Under the pieces are notes generated by a model. It saw only the letters and a program-made list of their open reading frames with translations. It was not told where the DNA came from and did not search any database. Positions 21,254-31,662 of a stretch of 64,000 nucleotides of DNA are shown here, piece by piece. Each line of letters starts with the position of its first letter. Position 1 is the first letter of the stretch. The position numbers and the translations under genes are program-made. The DNA is from Terriglobia bacterium (lineage in GTDB: Bacteria > Acidobacteriota > Terriglobia > 20CM-2-55-15), in assembly GCA_965198225.1 (NCBI GenBank), contig CBDAOY010000006.1, positions 672,001 to 736,000 on the forward strand, given 5' to 3'.

Positions 21254-21394
21254 GGCTGTCTCCCTCAGCGGGTTTCGGCTTTGGATAGCTCTACGGTTAT
21301 TGCAGCAGGTGACTTTGAAGTTTCTCTGAAGAACCCCCGGCCGGATCTTCAGTAAACCTTCAGAATTCGCCCGGTACTATACTGGTCTGGAAAC

Positions 21395-22072
21395 ATGGAA
21401 ATCCTTATCGTTGAGGACGATCCTCGCATGGCGGCCCTGCTGGAACGCGGCTTGCAGGGCGAAGGACATCAGGCGTTTGTCGCGTCGGATGGCCGGGAAG
21501 GCCTGGAGTTCGCCGACCTTCGAGACTACGACGTGATCGTGCTCGATATACTGCTTCCGGTAATGGACGGGTTTGAGATGACGCGGCGCCTGCGTGAAGG
21601 CGGTAACCGGACCCCCGTCCTGATGCTGACCGCGAGGGACGCGGCCAAGGACATCGTCCTGGGGCTGGATTCGGGAGCCGACGACTACCTCACCAAGCCC
21701 TTTGCTTTCGAGGAGCTGCTCGCGCGCCTCCGTTCCCTGGCGAGGCGCGCCCCGATAGAACGGGGCGTGTCACTGGAGGTCGATGACCTGAAACTGAATC
21801 CCGCCTCGCACGAGGTTCATCGAGGAGACAGCCGGCTCGGGCTGACCCCTCGGGAGTTCCAGGTCCTCGAGCTGCTCATGCGCCGAGCCGGCCGGGTCGT
21901 CGATCGTAACGCCATCATTGAGGCGGTCTGGGGCGGCGATGCGGACGTCGGTCTCAACACGGTGGACGCTTTCGTCAGTTCCCTTCGACGTAAGGTGGAA
22001 GGCGACGGCCGGCCGAAATTGATCCACACGGTTCGAGGAGTGGGGTTCTCGATCGGGGAGCCGGAATCGTGA
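21395..22072 (+). CDS. OmpR-family response regulator
   Basis: ILIVEDD, LDILLP.MDG, GADDYLTKPF, LTPREF and IHTVRGVG motifs. Confidence 0.95.
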   Translation: MEILIVEDDPRMAALLERGLQGEGHQAFVASDGREGLEFADLRDYDVIVLDILLPVMDGFEMTRRLREGGNRTPVLMLTARDAAKDIVLGLDSGADDYLTKPFAFEELLARLRSLARRAPIERGVSLEVDDLKLNPASHEVHRGDSRLGLTPREFQVLELLMRRAGRVVDRNAIIEAVWGGDADVGLNTVDAFVSSLRRKVEGDGRPKLIHTVRGVGFSIGEPES

Positions 22073-23682
22073 TTTCGTGGCGCTCACTCGAATTCCGGCT
22101 CGCAGCCTGGTACTGCGTCCTGCTCATGGCGGGCGTGGGAGCGATCGGAATCGTGCTCTGGCTCGGGGTCAACTACGCCATGGTCGCGGCCGTCGACGAC
22201 CTGCTGGCAGCGCGCGTCGATCGTCTCGCTGACTTCATCGACTCGGAGTTTCCCAGCGAACTCTCCGATGCCGCAGAAGCCGGAGAACTCGTGGGTCTGA
22301 TCGAGGACGTGGATCCTGAAAAACGGTGGTTCGTGCTCCGCGGAACGAGAATCCAGATCGCGCCGACGACAGTTTTTGAGATTGATTCCTCCCGGGAGAT
22401 CGACTTTCAAATTGGCCAGTACGTCGAGGTCGAAACCGAGCCGGCTGCTGGCGTAGTAGTGGCCGCCGAAGTGTCTTTCGAAGCTGATTTCTTGGAAGAG
22501 TTCCGGGAAGAGCTCTACGAGTACTCGTTTGCCGTGCCCGATGGCAAGTTGATGCGAATCCGAACCGTGGACGACCACGGCGGCTTCTCGGAGGAAGACC
22601 TCGACAGTTCCCCGGACCTCCCGTGGCTGGGTGCGCCTGAGGGAGCCCGCAACTTCCACAATTTTGAGAATGTTGACGGAATGTTCCGGGTTCTGGTGGC
22701 CGAGGTGAGTCTTGCCGGGCTGGGGTCCGAGGTCCAGGTGGCGACGTCGCTGGCTCCCGTCATCGCGGCGCGGGAGCAGTTGGTTTCCTGGCTTCTATGG
22801 GCCATCCCCATCGCGGCGCTGCTGAGTCTCTCCGGCGGATATGCGATCGGTCGGGCGGCGCTGCGGCCGGTGGAAGAAGTCGCGGACGTTGCATCGCGGA
22901 TGGACATCTCCCGGCTGTCGGAACGCTTGAAGGTGCCTCCGACCGACGACGTATTGCAGCGACTCACCGAGACCTTCAACGACATGTTGCAGCGGCTGGA
23001 GGGATCTGTAACGCGCCTGGATCAGTTCACGGCGGACGCTTCCCACGAGCTTCGAAGCCCCGTGTCTGTCATCCGGACGACGGCGGAACTCGCGTTGCGC
23101 CAGGCAGAGACCGAACCTGAGCTGCGGAAGAGCCTGGAGGAGATCCAGGCCGAGGCGACGTCGCTCACGGAATTGCTTCAGGATCTTCTCAAACTCGCGC
23201 GTTCCAACGGTTCCGATGTCGCCACCGAGCCCGTCGACCTGCGTTCGGTCGCGGATGAGGTCTGCCGGCGGTATCGAGACCGGGCCGGCGCCCGCCGGCT
23301 CGATTTCGCCAGCGATCCGTCAGAGGCGATCGTGCGCGGGCATCCGCCCTCCCTGCGAAGGTTGTTGATGATTCTCCTCGACAACGCCATACAACACACC
23401 GCCGAAGCCGTCTCGATCGAGGTCGCCATCCGCACAGCGGACGAGCAGGTCGTACTGTCGGTTGCGGACACCGGCGAAGGCATACCCGAAGACGAGATTC
23501 ACCGTGTCTTCGACCGGTTCTACCGGGCGGATCCCTCGCGGAGCCGATCGAAGGGCGGTTTCGGACTCGGTCTCTCGATCGCGAAGTGGATTGCCGAATC
23601 GCACGGCGGCATCATCGCGGCCCGGAGCGAGAACGGCAAGGGTTCAACCTTCTCGGTTCGTTTCCCGCAAGCGCACGCGTAG
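22069..23682 (+). CDS. HAMP sensor histidine kinase (CusS/CzcS-like) with a DUF5666-like periplasmic insert
   Basis: Two TM helices; ADASHELRSP H-box, LLDNA, DTGEGI, FDRFYR and GFGLGLSI boxes. Confidence 0.92.
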   Translation: MISWRSLEFRLAAWYCVLLMAGVGAIGIVLWLGVNYAMVAAVDDLLAARVDRLADFIDSEFPSELSDAAEAGELVGLIEDVDPEKRWFVLRGTRIQIAPTTVFEIDSSREIDFQIGQYVEVETEPAAGVVVAAEVSFEADFLEEFREELYEYSFAVPDGKLMRIRTVDDHGGFSEEDLDSSPDLPWLGAPEGARNFHNFENVDGMFRVLVAEVSLAGLGSEVQVATSLAPVIAAREQLVSWLLWAIPIAALLSLSGGYAIGRAALRPVEEVADVASRMDISRLSERLKVPPTDDVLQRLTETFNDMLQRLEGSVTRLDQFTADASHELRSPVSVIRTTAELALRQAETEPELRKSLEEIQAEATSLTELLQDLLKLARSNGSDVATEPVDLRSVADEVCRRYRDRAGARRLDFASDPSEAIVRGHPPSLRRLLMILLDNAIQHTAEAVSIEVAIRTADEQVVLSVADTGEGIPEDEIHRVFDRFYRADPSRSRSKGGFGLGLSIAKWIAESHGGIIAARSENGKGSTFSVRFPQAHA

Positions 23683-23801
23683 CAGACGTCTTTCCGGCGC
23701 TGTCGCACTTCTTGTCCCATCCGTCAACCGGCTGTATGATCGCCCGGGCGGGCTTGCGCTTTGACATGACGGCAGCGGGAGACAGCGAGAATTGGGGATC
23801 G

Positions 23802-23873
23802 GGTGTAGGTGCGCTCTATGAGCGCACGTCGCTGCTGCCTGAGGAATGTGCGGTCATAGACCGCACCTACACC
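23802..23873. repeat. GTAG-type REP doublet
   Basis: GGTGTAGGTGCGCTCTATGAGCGCAC...GTGCGGTCATAGACCGCACCTACACC. Confidence 0.8.
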
Positions 23874-23904
23874 TAACCGACGAAATACCCCGGAGGACAA
23901 ACCA

Positions 23905-25521
23905 ATGAAACCTGGGAAAAACTCCGTTCCACCAGACCCGGTCAATCAATCCCGGCGCCGTTTGCTCAAGACGGCCGCGTGGGCGACGTCGCTCTCGGTG
24001 ACCGGCGGGGTGATGCAACTGCTCCAGGGATGCGCCCCCGAGTCCGTCGAGAGCGAGCCTGTTCAGGATGTCTTGGAGTTGGGCGCTCGCGCAGCCGTCG
24101 GCCACATTCAGCAAGGCGACATGACGGCGGAATCCTACGCCTCGCTGCTTCTCGAACAGTACAACGCCCACAAGGATCTCAACGCGGTCGTCACGATCGA
24201 TGAGGCGCGCGTGCTGGAGGCAGCCCGCGCCGTCGATCAAGCCCGGACCCGAGGAGACGAGCTGGGCCTGCTTTCCGGCCTGCCGTTCGTCGTGAAGGAT
24301 CAGATCGATGTTGCCGGCTATCCGACCACGGCGGGGAATGCGGCCCTCAAGGGCTACGTTCCGGTTCGGAGCGCGCCGGTCGTCGACGCGATGGTCAAGA
24401 ATGGCGGAATCGTGTTTGCAAAGACGAATCTGCCCGACATGGTCGTCGGGGGCAACCTGCTGGCCGCTGCTTCATCGGCCAATCCCTTCTTCGGAACTGT
24501 TCGCAATCCGTACGATCCCGGCCGTATTCCCGGCGGCTCCAGCGGTGGAACTGCCGCCGCGATAGCCGCCCGCATGGTACCGGCAGGACTGGGCGAGGAT
24601 ACGGGCGGCTCGGTACGCTTCCCGTCCGCCTTCTGCGGTCTGGCCGGCCTTCGGCCTTCGACCTTCACGGCGATGAACGTCGAGTCGAGAGACCGCGTGC
24701 CGAAGCGCTACTCGGGTGACGGTATCATCCCGCCGCCGGGTTTGCTCGAGACTATCGGCCCCATGGCGCGCACGGTCGCCGACGTGGCGTTCCTCGACAC
24801 GATAATCACCGGTGAACCGGTTCCCCCGACCGAGTTGAGCCAGGTGCGCCTCGGAATTCCGCGAGCCGACTACTGGGACAGTGAACTCATCGACCAGGGC
24901 CTCGCTGCTACGATGCAGGCGGCATTCTCCAAGCTCCGTGATGCCGGGCTCGAATTGGTAGAGATCGACTTCCAGTCGATCCTGCAGCTTGATGAAGGAG
25001 GCCGGTTGAGTGACGCCGCCAGGCTGCCCAGAAGCGACCTCGGCGAGTGGCTGGCCGAGAATCTTCCTGGGGTGACGATCGAGGACGTGTACGCGGGTCG
25101 TGACATGCCAACGAGGCGCGAAGCCCAGCTTTCAACGGAGGAAAGAGTCGAGATCCTTACGACGGCGGCGAGTTTCTACGAGGATGTTTTCGAGACGAAC
25201 GGCCTTGCCGCGATTGCGTTCCCGACGATACCGATTCCGGCGCCGCCGATCGACCCCGATACCGCTATGGCCGTAGAGGAAACCCTCGTGAACGGCAAGA
25301 TGGTCGACGTGATTGCCCCGATCGTCATGAACATCTTTTTCGGCCCCCGGTTAGGGGCCCCCGGCTTGGCGATCCCGGCCGGCCTGACGTCGGGGTTGCC
25401 GGTCGGCCTGGAGTTGGAAGGACTTCCCGGCGACGACAGCCGGCTGTTGGGATTGGGTATCGCCGTCGAGAACGTTCTCGGTCCGATTCCTCCTCCTCCG
25501 CTGGCTCAAGGAACCGGATAG
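23905..25521 (+). CDS. Tat-exported amidase-signature enzyme
   Basis: SRRRLLK Tat motif; VKD, GGSSGG and GEDTGGSVRFPS catalytic motifs. Confidence 0.92.
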   Translation: MKPGKNSVPPDPVNQSRRRLLKTAAWATSLSVTGGVMQLLQGCAPESVESEPVQDVLELGARAAVGHIQQGDMTAESYASLLLEQYNAHKDLNAVVTIDEARVLEAARAVDQARTRGDELGLLSGLPFVVKDQIDVAGYPTTAGNAALKGYVPVRSAPVVDAMVKNGGIVFAKTNLPDMVVGGNLLAAASSANPFFGTVRNPYDPGRIPGGSSGGTAAAIAARMVPAGLGEDTGGSVRFPSAFCGLAGLRPSTFTAMNVESRDRVPKRYSGDGIIPPPGLLETIGPMARTVADVAFLDTIITGEPVPPTELSQVRLGIPRADYWDSELIDQGLAATMQAAFSKLRDAGLELVEIDFQSILQLDEGGRLSDAARLPRSDLGEWLAENLPGVTIEDVYAGRDMPTRREAQLSTEERVEILTTAASFYEDVFETNGLAAIAFPTIPIPAPPIDPDTAMAVEETLVNGKMVDVIAPIVMNIFFGPRLGAPGLAIPAGLTSGLPVGLELEGLPGDDSRLLGLGIAVENVLGPIPPPPLAQGTG

Positions 25522-25531
25522 ATGCGTCAGA

Positions 25532-25602
25532 GGTGTAGGTGCGGTCTATGACCGCACGTGTTTCGGTTCGAAGAGTGTGCGGTCATAGACCGCACCTACA
25601 CC
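25532..25602. repeat. GTAG-type REP doublet
   Basis: Perfect inverted pair of GGTGTAGGTGCGGTCTATGACCGCAC between convergent genes. Confidence 0.85.
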
Positions 25603-25638
25603 CGGTCTAAAGTTGCGCTGACTCCGATCCCAGCGCGT

Positions 25639-27336
25639 CTACGCCTCGTAGACTGTTCTCCCACCGACGACCGTGCGCACCACCTGAATGTTCTTGATCT
25701 CGTCCGGCTCCACCTCATGAGGGTCGTCGGCCAGCATTACGAAGTCGGCGAGCTTGCCGGTCGTGATCGAGCCTTTCGTGTCTTCTTCGAAGGATGCGTA
25801 CGCGCCGTTGATCGTGCAGATCCGCATGGCGTCGTCGACGCTGATACGCTGGTTCGGCCCCCAGACGCGACCGTCGAAATCTTTCCTTGTAACCATGCTC
25901 TGGATCGCCATCAGCGGCTGATACGGTCCCGGCGTGTAGTCCGACGCCGGCGCGACCGGGATGCCGTAGTCCAGGAACGACTTGTGAGCGAACATCCATC
26001 GCATCTTCTCCGGTCCGTACTCCACCCACTTGTTCCCATGGTAGTGGACGTAGGTGTAGAACGGCGCGGGGATGACGCCCAGGTCCTTGATCCGTTGAAG
26101 CAGGTCCGGGTTGACGAGAGAACAGTGTTCGATCCGATGCCGCGGATCGTCGCGGGGCCACATGCGTTGCACGCGTTCGTAAGCGTTGAGCACCATGTCG
26201 ATCGTGACGTCCCCGTTGGCGTGGATTCCGATCTGCCACCCGTTGCGGTGCGCGTCCTCGACGACTTCGTGGATTTCTTCCTGCGACATCGTCAAGATGC
26301 CGTAGTCGTCCGGACGGCCGACGTAGGGTGTGCTCATCCGCATCGTCCGTTCCGATGCCGACCCGTCCGCGCCGTATTTGACCGCGCCAATCTTTAGCCA
26401 CTCGTCGCCAAAACCCGTCCGAATGCCCGAGTTCTTGAGGTTTTCATACAGGGCGCCCCGGGGGAACAGGTACATCCGGAAACGTAGCTCGCCTGCATCG
26501 TAGGCGTCCTGGTAGGCGATGAGGTCGTTGGTGCCGCCGCCGGTCTGATGCACGGATGTCAGACCGGAACGGGTCATGATCTCCGAGATCAGCCGTACGC
26601 CGGCCTGTCGCTGCTCGCGGGTCGAACCCGAGGGAATCAGGCCATTGAAGACGTTCCGCGCGCGTTCGGCAACCTTGCCGGTCAGCTCCCCGTTTTCGCG
26701 GTAGAACTTCCCGTCATCCGGGTCCGGGGTGTCGGCGGTAACGCCGGCCAGCTCGAAGGCCTGGCTGTTGTACACGGCCGTGTGCCCGCCGCGATGCCGG
26801 GCCATCGCCGGGTTTCGTGGAACCGCTTCGTCCAGGTCCAGACGGTTCAGCGGACGACCTTCGGCGAGCTTTGTGTCGTCGTACTTGAACCCGATCACCC
26901 ACTCGCCTTCGGGTGTGATCGAGGCGCGGTCCTTCATCGCTTCCTTGATTTCAGCGATGGAACGCAGGTCGACGTCGACGTTGATCAGTTCCGAGACGCC
27001 AGCTCCGGAGGGATGCGAATGTGCGTCGACGAAGCCAGGCGTCACCGTCATGCCCTCGGCATCGATGATCTCCGTGTTGCCCGTCGCCAGTGGACGGATC
27101 TCTGCAGTCGGCCCGACCGCGATAAAGCGGCCGTTCTTCACGGCGAACGCCTCGGCGCGTGGTTGGGTGTCATCGATCGTAAAGATGCGTCCGTTGATGA
27201 GAACTAGGTCGGGGCCGGCCCCGTCGTCGGGTCCCTGGACTTGGGATGCTCGAGCACTGCCGACAGGTAGCCCGAGACCGGCGGCGGCCGTCAGGGCCGC
27301 TCCCGACTTGATGAATTCACGTCGTGAATGCGCCAT
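25639..27336 (-). CDS. Tat-exported YtcJ-like amidohydrolase
   Basis: SRREFIK, PGFVDAHSH, IHANGD, RIEHC and GKLADFV motifs. Confidence 0.92.
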   Translation of the reverse strand: MAHSRREFIKSGAALTAAAGLGLPVGSARASQVQGPDDGAGPDLVLINGRIFTIDDTQPRAEAFAVKNGRFIAVGPTAEIRPLATGNTEIIDAEGMTVTPGFVDAHSHPSGAGVSELINVDVDLRSIAEIKEAMKDRASITPEGEWVIGFKYDDTKLAEGRPLNRLDLDEAVPRNPAMARHRGGHTAVYNSQAFELAGVTADTPDPDDGKFYRENGELTGKVAERARNVFNGLIPSGSTREQRQAGVRLISEIMTRSGLTSVHQTGGGTNDLIAYQDAYDAGELRFRMYLFPRGALYENLKNSGIRTGFGDEWLKIGAVKYGADGSASERTMRMSTPYVGRPDDYGILTMSQEEIHEVVEDAHRNGWQIGIHANGDVTIDMVLNAYERVQRMWPRDDPRHRIEHCSLVNPDLLQRIKDLGVIPAPFYTYVHYHGNKWVEYGPEKMRWMFAHKSFLDYGIPVAPASDYTPGPYQPLMAIQSMVTRKDFDGRVWGPNQRISVDDAMRICTINGAYASFEEDTKGSITTGKLADFVMLADDPHEVEPDEIKNIQVVRTVVGGRTVYEA

Positions 27337-27464
27337 CGCAACCTCCTTCAGAACCTGCAACCGCTCCCGGTCGAGGGGTGGTCTCCTGTTTTTGCGGCAC
27401 GCGTCTGGAAAGTGCGGACGATCTTATAGGAGACGCAGTTAGGGGTCAAATGAAGGGGCCGCCG

Positions 27465-30065
27465 CTATGGTTCGAGCCCGTGCGACCAACCGGTGACGAC
27501 GCTGATCGGGGGCACGCCGGTCCCGCCGGTTGCGGTAGGCATCAGGAACCGGTTGCCGTCGGCCGAGACTGCATAGCGATCCGTGGCGGAGCTGATCGGT
27601 GCGGGGAACAAACCCCGCGGTGCGCCGGATTCGACCCCCGTTCCGAGTGTCAGGTCAACGACCATCAAAGTGCGGTCCGGAGCCAGGTAGAACAGCGCCC
27701 GTCCGTCATTGCGCCACCGCGGCTGTTGGCCGCCGGCTGCCGAGATCTGGCGTTTGTTTCCGGCCGAAGGAAAGCTCTGGACGTAGACTTCGAACCGACC
27801 CGATTCGTCGGAAGCGTAGGCGACCCAGCGTCCGTCCGGAGAAAAGCGTCCGTGGCGTTCTTCGAAGACCGTGTGCAGGAACGGATAAGGCGCGGGTTCA
27901 CCGGATCGCGGCAGGACCCATATGTCTCTCGAGGTCGTCGAAGACAGGTTGGTGTACAGGACGAACTGCCCATCTCGCGACCAGTCGGTCGGCTGCTTGC
28001 TCTCGGTGGATTCCAGTAGAATGTCCCCATCGCCTGCTCCGTTGGCGGGCTTGACGTACAGATCGTCGTCGCCGCTACGGTTTGAGGCAAAGACGATCTC
28101 AGACCCGTCGGGAGAGGCAATCGGATAGCGGTCCGTCGCGTTGTCAAACGTGAAACGGGTGTTGGTGCCTGTATCCGGATCGATGAGGAACAAATCGACC
28201 TGGTCGCCCTGGGAGAGGTCCGTGCGTTCGGCGACCACTTGCGTGCCTCCAGGCATCACCCAGGGCGATCGACCGTCTCCGATGCGCTCCACCGTTCCCC
28301 CGTTCGAGTCGAGCCAGACCAGGTCTGAAACCGCAGCCGGACGGTACGCCAGCACCCCGGTCTGCGAGACCGAGAAGCCCGCGTTTCCGATTCGGGGGTT
28401 CGTCGCGATGCCCTGGGCTATCGAGACCGGAGCCCCACTCACCAGCGCCTGCCCGGCATCGAACCCTTGCGCCATCAGGTTGCCGTCTTCGACGCTGACC
28501 AGGTAACCGGGCGGAGCGTACTTGGCCGCGAACTCGCCGTGAGTCACACGCGAGAACTCCCCGGTGCCGAGCGACCCGACGTAAATACCCTCCCCGGCAC
28601 GCTGCCCGCTCGCAGCGAAGAACAGGAAGCGTTGTCCGTCGGGCAGAAACTCGGGATACGCGTGGTAGACATGTCCCCGCTCTCGATCGAGCGTCGTCAG
28701 GGGCGCCGCTGCGGAGCTGCCGTCCGCCGGTACTTGCCACAGCCCGCCAACGTCGGGCATGAACAGGATCGTGCCGTCTTCGCTCCAGTCTCCGCCGCCA
28801 CCCTCGAGGGGAGCGTCGGCCAGCGTCTGGGCCGGTCCGCCGGTCGCAGCGATTCTCTTCAAACGACCTTCGGCCAGGAAGCCGATGGCGGTACCGTCCG
28901 GAGACCAGAACGGAAAACCCGCGTCCGGGGTGTCCGCCAGCACGCGGGACTCGAGGGAATCCATCGAACGAATCCAAATGCGCTCCTGACCCTCGAACGT
29001 GGCGACATAGGCGATCTGTCGTCCATCGGGCGAAACGGAGAGGTGTAAGGGGGCGCCCGCCCCGGTCGGGAACTCGAAGCGTGTGGTCAGGCCGTCGATC
29101 CCCCCCGCTGGTCCGCGGCTGAGCAGAACCGCAACAAGAGCGACCGTCAGGATTGCAACAAGCGCCCACGGAGCGGCGGCGCGCCATCGGGTCGCGATGT
29201 CGGCCGGCGCGTCCTCTTCAAGTATCGTCACTCCTTCCAGCAGATCCTCGATATCGATCCTGGCGTCGGCGATGTCATGCAGACGTCGGTGCGAGTCCTT
29301 GCGGAGGCAGTGCTCGATCAGTGTCCGGATCTTCCTGGGAAGGCCCGAGGGAAGCAGATTCCAGTCGGGTCCGCCCTGGATGATTCTAGCGATGGCGTCC
29401 GGCACCGTTTCGTCGCCGAAAACCATGTGCCCGGAGATCATCTCGAACAGAACGGCGCCGAAAGCCCAGACGTCACTCCGCTTGTCAATCTCCCGTCCAC
29501 GCAACTGCTCCGGGCTCATGTAGGCAGGGGTGCCGACGATCAGTCCGCTGTCGGTCCCGAGCGTCGTGATACGGGATGCGGATCTTCCATTAGGGACGAC
29601 CGCTTTGGCCAGACCGAAGTCGAGCACCTTGACCTTACCGTCGGGAGTGACCTTGATGTTGGCGGGTTTGAGATCCCGGTGGACGATCCCTTTATGGTGC
29701 GCGGCTTCCAACGCGTCGGCGACCTGCGCGGCGATTCGGAGAGCGAACTCCAAGGGCAGGGCTCCCGCTTCCAGGAACTCCGCGAGGGTCTCACCCTCGA
29801 CGAGCTCCAGCACGAGAAACCGGACGTCCTGATCTTCCTCGAGTCCGTAGATCGACGCGATGTTGGGGTGATTCAGCGAAGCCAGCACCTTGGCCTCGCG
29901 CTCAAACCGGGCAAGCCGGTCCTGGTCGTTCGCGACAGCTTCAGGAAGTAACTTGATCGCGACGTCGCGCCCGAGTTTGGCGTCATTGGCCCGGTAGACT
30001 TCGCCCATGCCGCCAGCGCCGAGCTTTTCAGTGATGGTGTAGTGAGCGAATGTTTTTCCGAGCAT
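27465..30065 (-). CDS. Hanks-type Ser/Thr protein kinase with TM helix and TolB-like beta-propeller
   Basis: LGAGGMGEVY, VAIK, HRDLKPAN, DFGLAK, GTPAYMSPEQ; repeated SPDG motifs. Confidence 0.93.
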   Translation of the reverse strand: MLGKTFAHYTITEKLGAGGMGEVYRANDAKLGRDVAIKLLPEAVANDQDRLARFEREAKVLASLNHPNIASIYGLEEDQDVRFLVLELVEGETLAEFLEAGALPLEFALRIAAQVADALEAAHHKGIVHRDLKPANIKVTPDGKVKVLDFGLAKAVVPNGRSASRITTLGTDSGLIVGTPAYMSPEQLRGREIDKRSDVWAFGAVLFEMISGHMVFGDETVPDAIARIIQGGPDWNLLPSGLPRKIRTLIEHCLRKDSHRRLHDIADARIDIEDLLEGVTILEEDAPADIATRWRAAAPWALVAILTVALVAVLLSRGPAGGIDGLTTRFEFPTGAGAPLHLSVSPDGRQIAYVATFEGQERIWIRSMDSLESRVLADTPDAGFPFWSPDGTAIGFLAEGRLKRIAATGGPAQTLADAPLEGGGGDWSEDGTILFMPDVGGLWQVPADGSSAAAPLTTLDRERGHVYHAYPEFLPDGQRFLFFAASGQRAGEGIYVGSLGTGEFSRVTHGEFAAKYAPPGYLVSVEDGNLMAQGFDAGQALVSGAPVSIAQGIATNPRIGNAGFSVSQTGVLAYRPAAVSDLVWLDSNGGTVERIGDGRSPWVMPGGTQVVAERTDLSQGDQVDLFLIDPDTGTNTRFTFDNATDRYPIASPDGSEIVFASNRSGDDDLYVKPANGAGDGDILLESTESKQPTDWSRDGQFVLYTNLSSTTSRDIWVLPRSGEPAPYPFLHTVFEERHGRFSPDGRWVAYASDESGRFEVYVQSFPSAGNKRQISAAGGQQPRWRNDGRALFYLAPDRTLMVVDLTLGTGVESGAPRGLFPAPISSATDRYAVSADGNRFLMPTATGGTGVPPISVVTGWSHGLEP

Positions 30066-30309
30066 GTTCAGGTGACGAGTGACGAGTGACAAAGACAGAA
30101 GAAGTGACAAGTGACGAGTGACGAGTGAAGAGAAGTGGTCAGTGGCCAGTGGTCAGTGGCCAGAGTTCGGCTCGTCACGTCTTCGCTGAACATTCCGACA
30201 ACCTCGAATTTGTCGATTGTGAAACCTCTTAAAAGCCGTGAGAATCTTATCGGACGCGGGGACGGTGGTCAACGTGGTCAGAGCATAGTCCAGCCAAGGG
30301 GAGTAGCCG

Positions 30310-31396
30310 ATGAGCGACGAACGCAAGCGAATCGTGGGGCAGGTGGTTGCGGATGTGGGAGGCGCGTTTGCCGCCGGTCTCGGTTACATCGGCGACCGGT
30401 TGGGACTGTTCAAGTTGTTGGCTCAAACGGGCCCGGCCACCAGCGGGTCGCTCGCCGAGGCCGCAGGGCTGGATGAGCGGGTCGCTCGCCGAGGCCGCAG
30501 GGCTGGATGAACGTTACACACGGGAGTGGCTCAAGGCAATGGTCAGTTCCGGCTACGTGGAGCATCACGCGGTCGATGATCGGTATTCGATGACTCCCGA
30601 GCAACAATCCGTCCTCGCGGAGGAAGGCTCCGCGGCGTTCGCTGCCGGCGCGTTTCAATTTGCATTGCCGTCGCTGTTGATGACTCCCCGGTTGATGGAG
30701 TGTTTTAGCAATGGCGGCGGCATTCCTTATTCGGAGTTGAGTCCCGACATCGTCGAAGCCATCGACCGGATGCATCGACCCTGGTTCGACCACCTGCTCA
30801 CCGAGCATTGGCTCCCTTCGGTGCCTCAGCTTGACGATCGTTTGCGATCCGGCATCGACGTCCTCGACGTGGGGTGTGGGCTCGGCCGCGCAAGCGTGGC
30901 GATCGGGCGGGCCCATCCGGCCTCCCGCGTCGTGGGAATCGATCCGCACGCCGACAGCATCGTTCGTGCCGCAAGTCTCGGCACGGAGGCACAGGTGTCG
31001 AACGTTCGGTTCCGAGAGACGACTCTGGAGGATGTGGGAGCCGCGGAGCGCTTTGAACTTATACTGGCGATCGACTGCATACACGACATGCCAGATCCCG
31101 TGGGGGCGCTCCGGCAAATAGGGCGGCTGCTCAGCGAAGATAATGGAATATTGTTCTGGTCGGAACCGACCGGTTCCGACGACCCGATGGAAAACCGCAC
31201 CGCGACTGGCAAGATGCGGTCCACCCTGAGCCCCTACCATTGCCTGACGGTATCACTCGCGGAAGACGGCGCCGGCCTGGGCACTATCATCGGTGAGGCG
31301 GGGGCACGGGACCTGGCGCGCGAGGCCGGCTTCACGCACTTCGAGAAGCTTTCAATCGAGAGCTCAATGCAGCAGTTCTTTCTGGTGACGCGATGA
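30310..31396 (+). pseudogene. wHTH plus class I SAM methyltransferase (Rv2258c-like), frameshifted by a 34-bp tandem duplication
   Basis: IGDRLGLF, ERY.REWL, LDVGCGLG, DCIHDMPDP; exact duplication 30442-30475 / 30476-30509. Confidence 0.8.
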
Positions 31397-31506
31397 GGGT
31401 TTCGCAAGAAGGCCAGGGACGGATCGGCTGGCCGCGGTCGCAGGCCACCAGATAGTTCCGGTGCTACCCAGCAAAAGTTCCCTGGTGGCCCTCGGCGGGC
31501 TTCATT

Positions 31507-31662
31507 CTACAGCACACTCGGATCTTCCAGTCCATCGAGACCGGTGCCGTCACCTGGCGCCGAGGCGGCGCTTTCCAGGTCCTCATCAGAGAGTTCACCG
31601 ACGGGTGTGAGCAGATAGGCTTTTTCCTGCGTGCTTTCAAGCAGCTCCTTTAGTGTCGCCAT
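31507..31662 (-). CDS. 51-aa peptide with Nif11/NHLP-like leader motif (possible RiPP precursor)
   Basis: Strong AAGGAGG RBS; MATLKELLESTQEKAYLLTPVGELSDEDLESAASAPGDGTGLDGLEDPSVL. Confidence 0.55.
   Translation of the reverse strand: MATLKELLESTQEKAYLLTPVGELSDEDLESAASAPGDGTGLDGLEDPSVL

Noticed and set aside
30072-30160. Heptamer runs (AGTGACG/AGTGACA, GTGGTCA; similar at 3947, 14648, 40300, 47110-47210, 49970-50060) as coding extensions or an array
   Set aside because: Short degenerate intergenic 7-mer repeats; they create false N-terminal ORF extensions and show no spacer structure.
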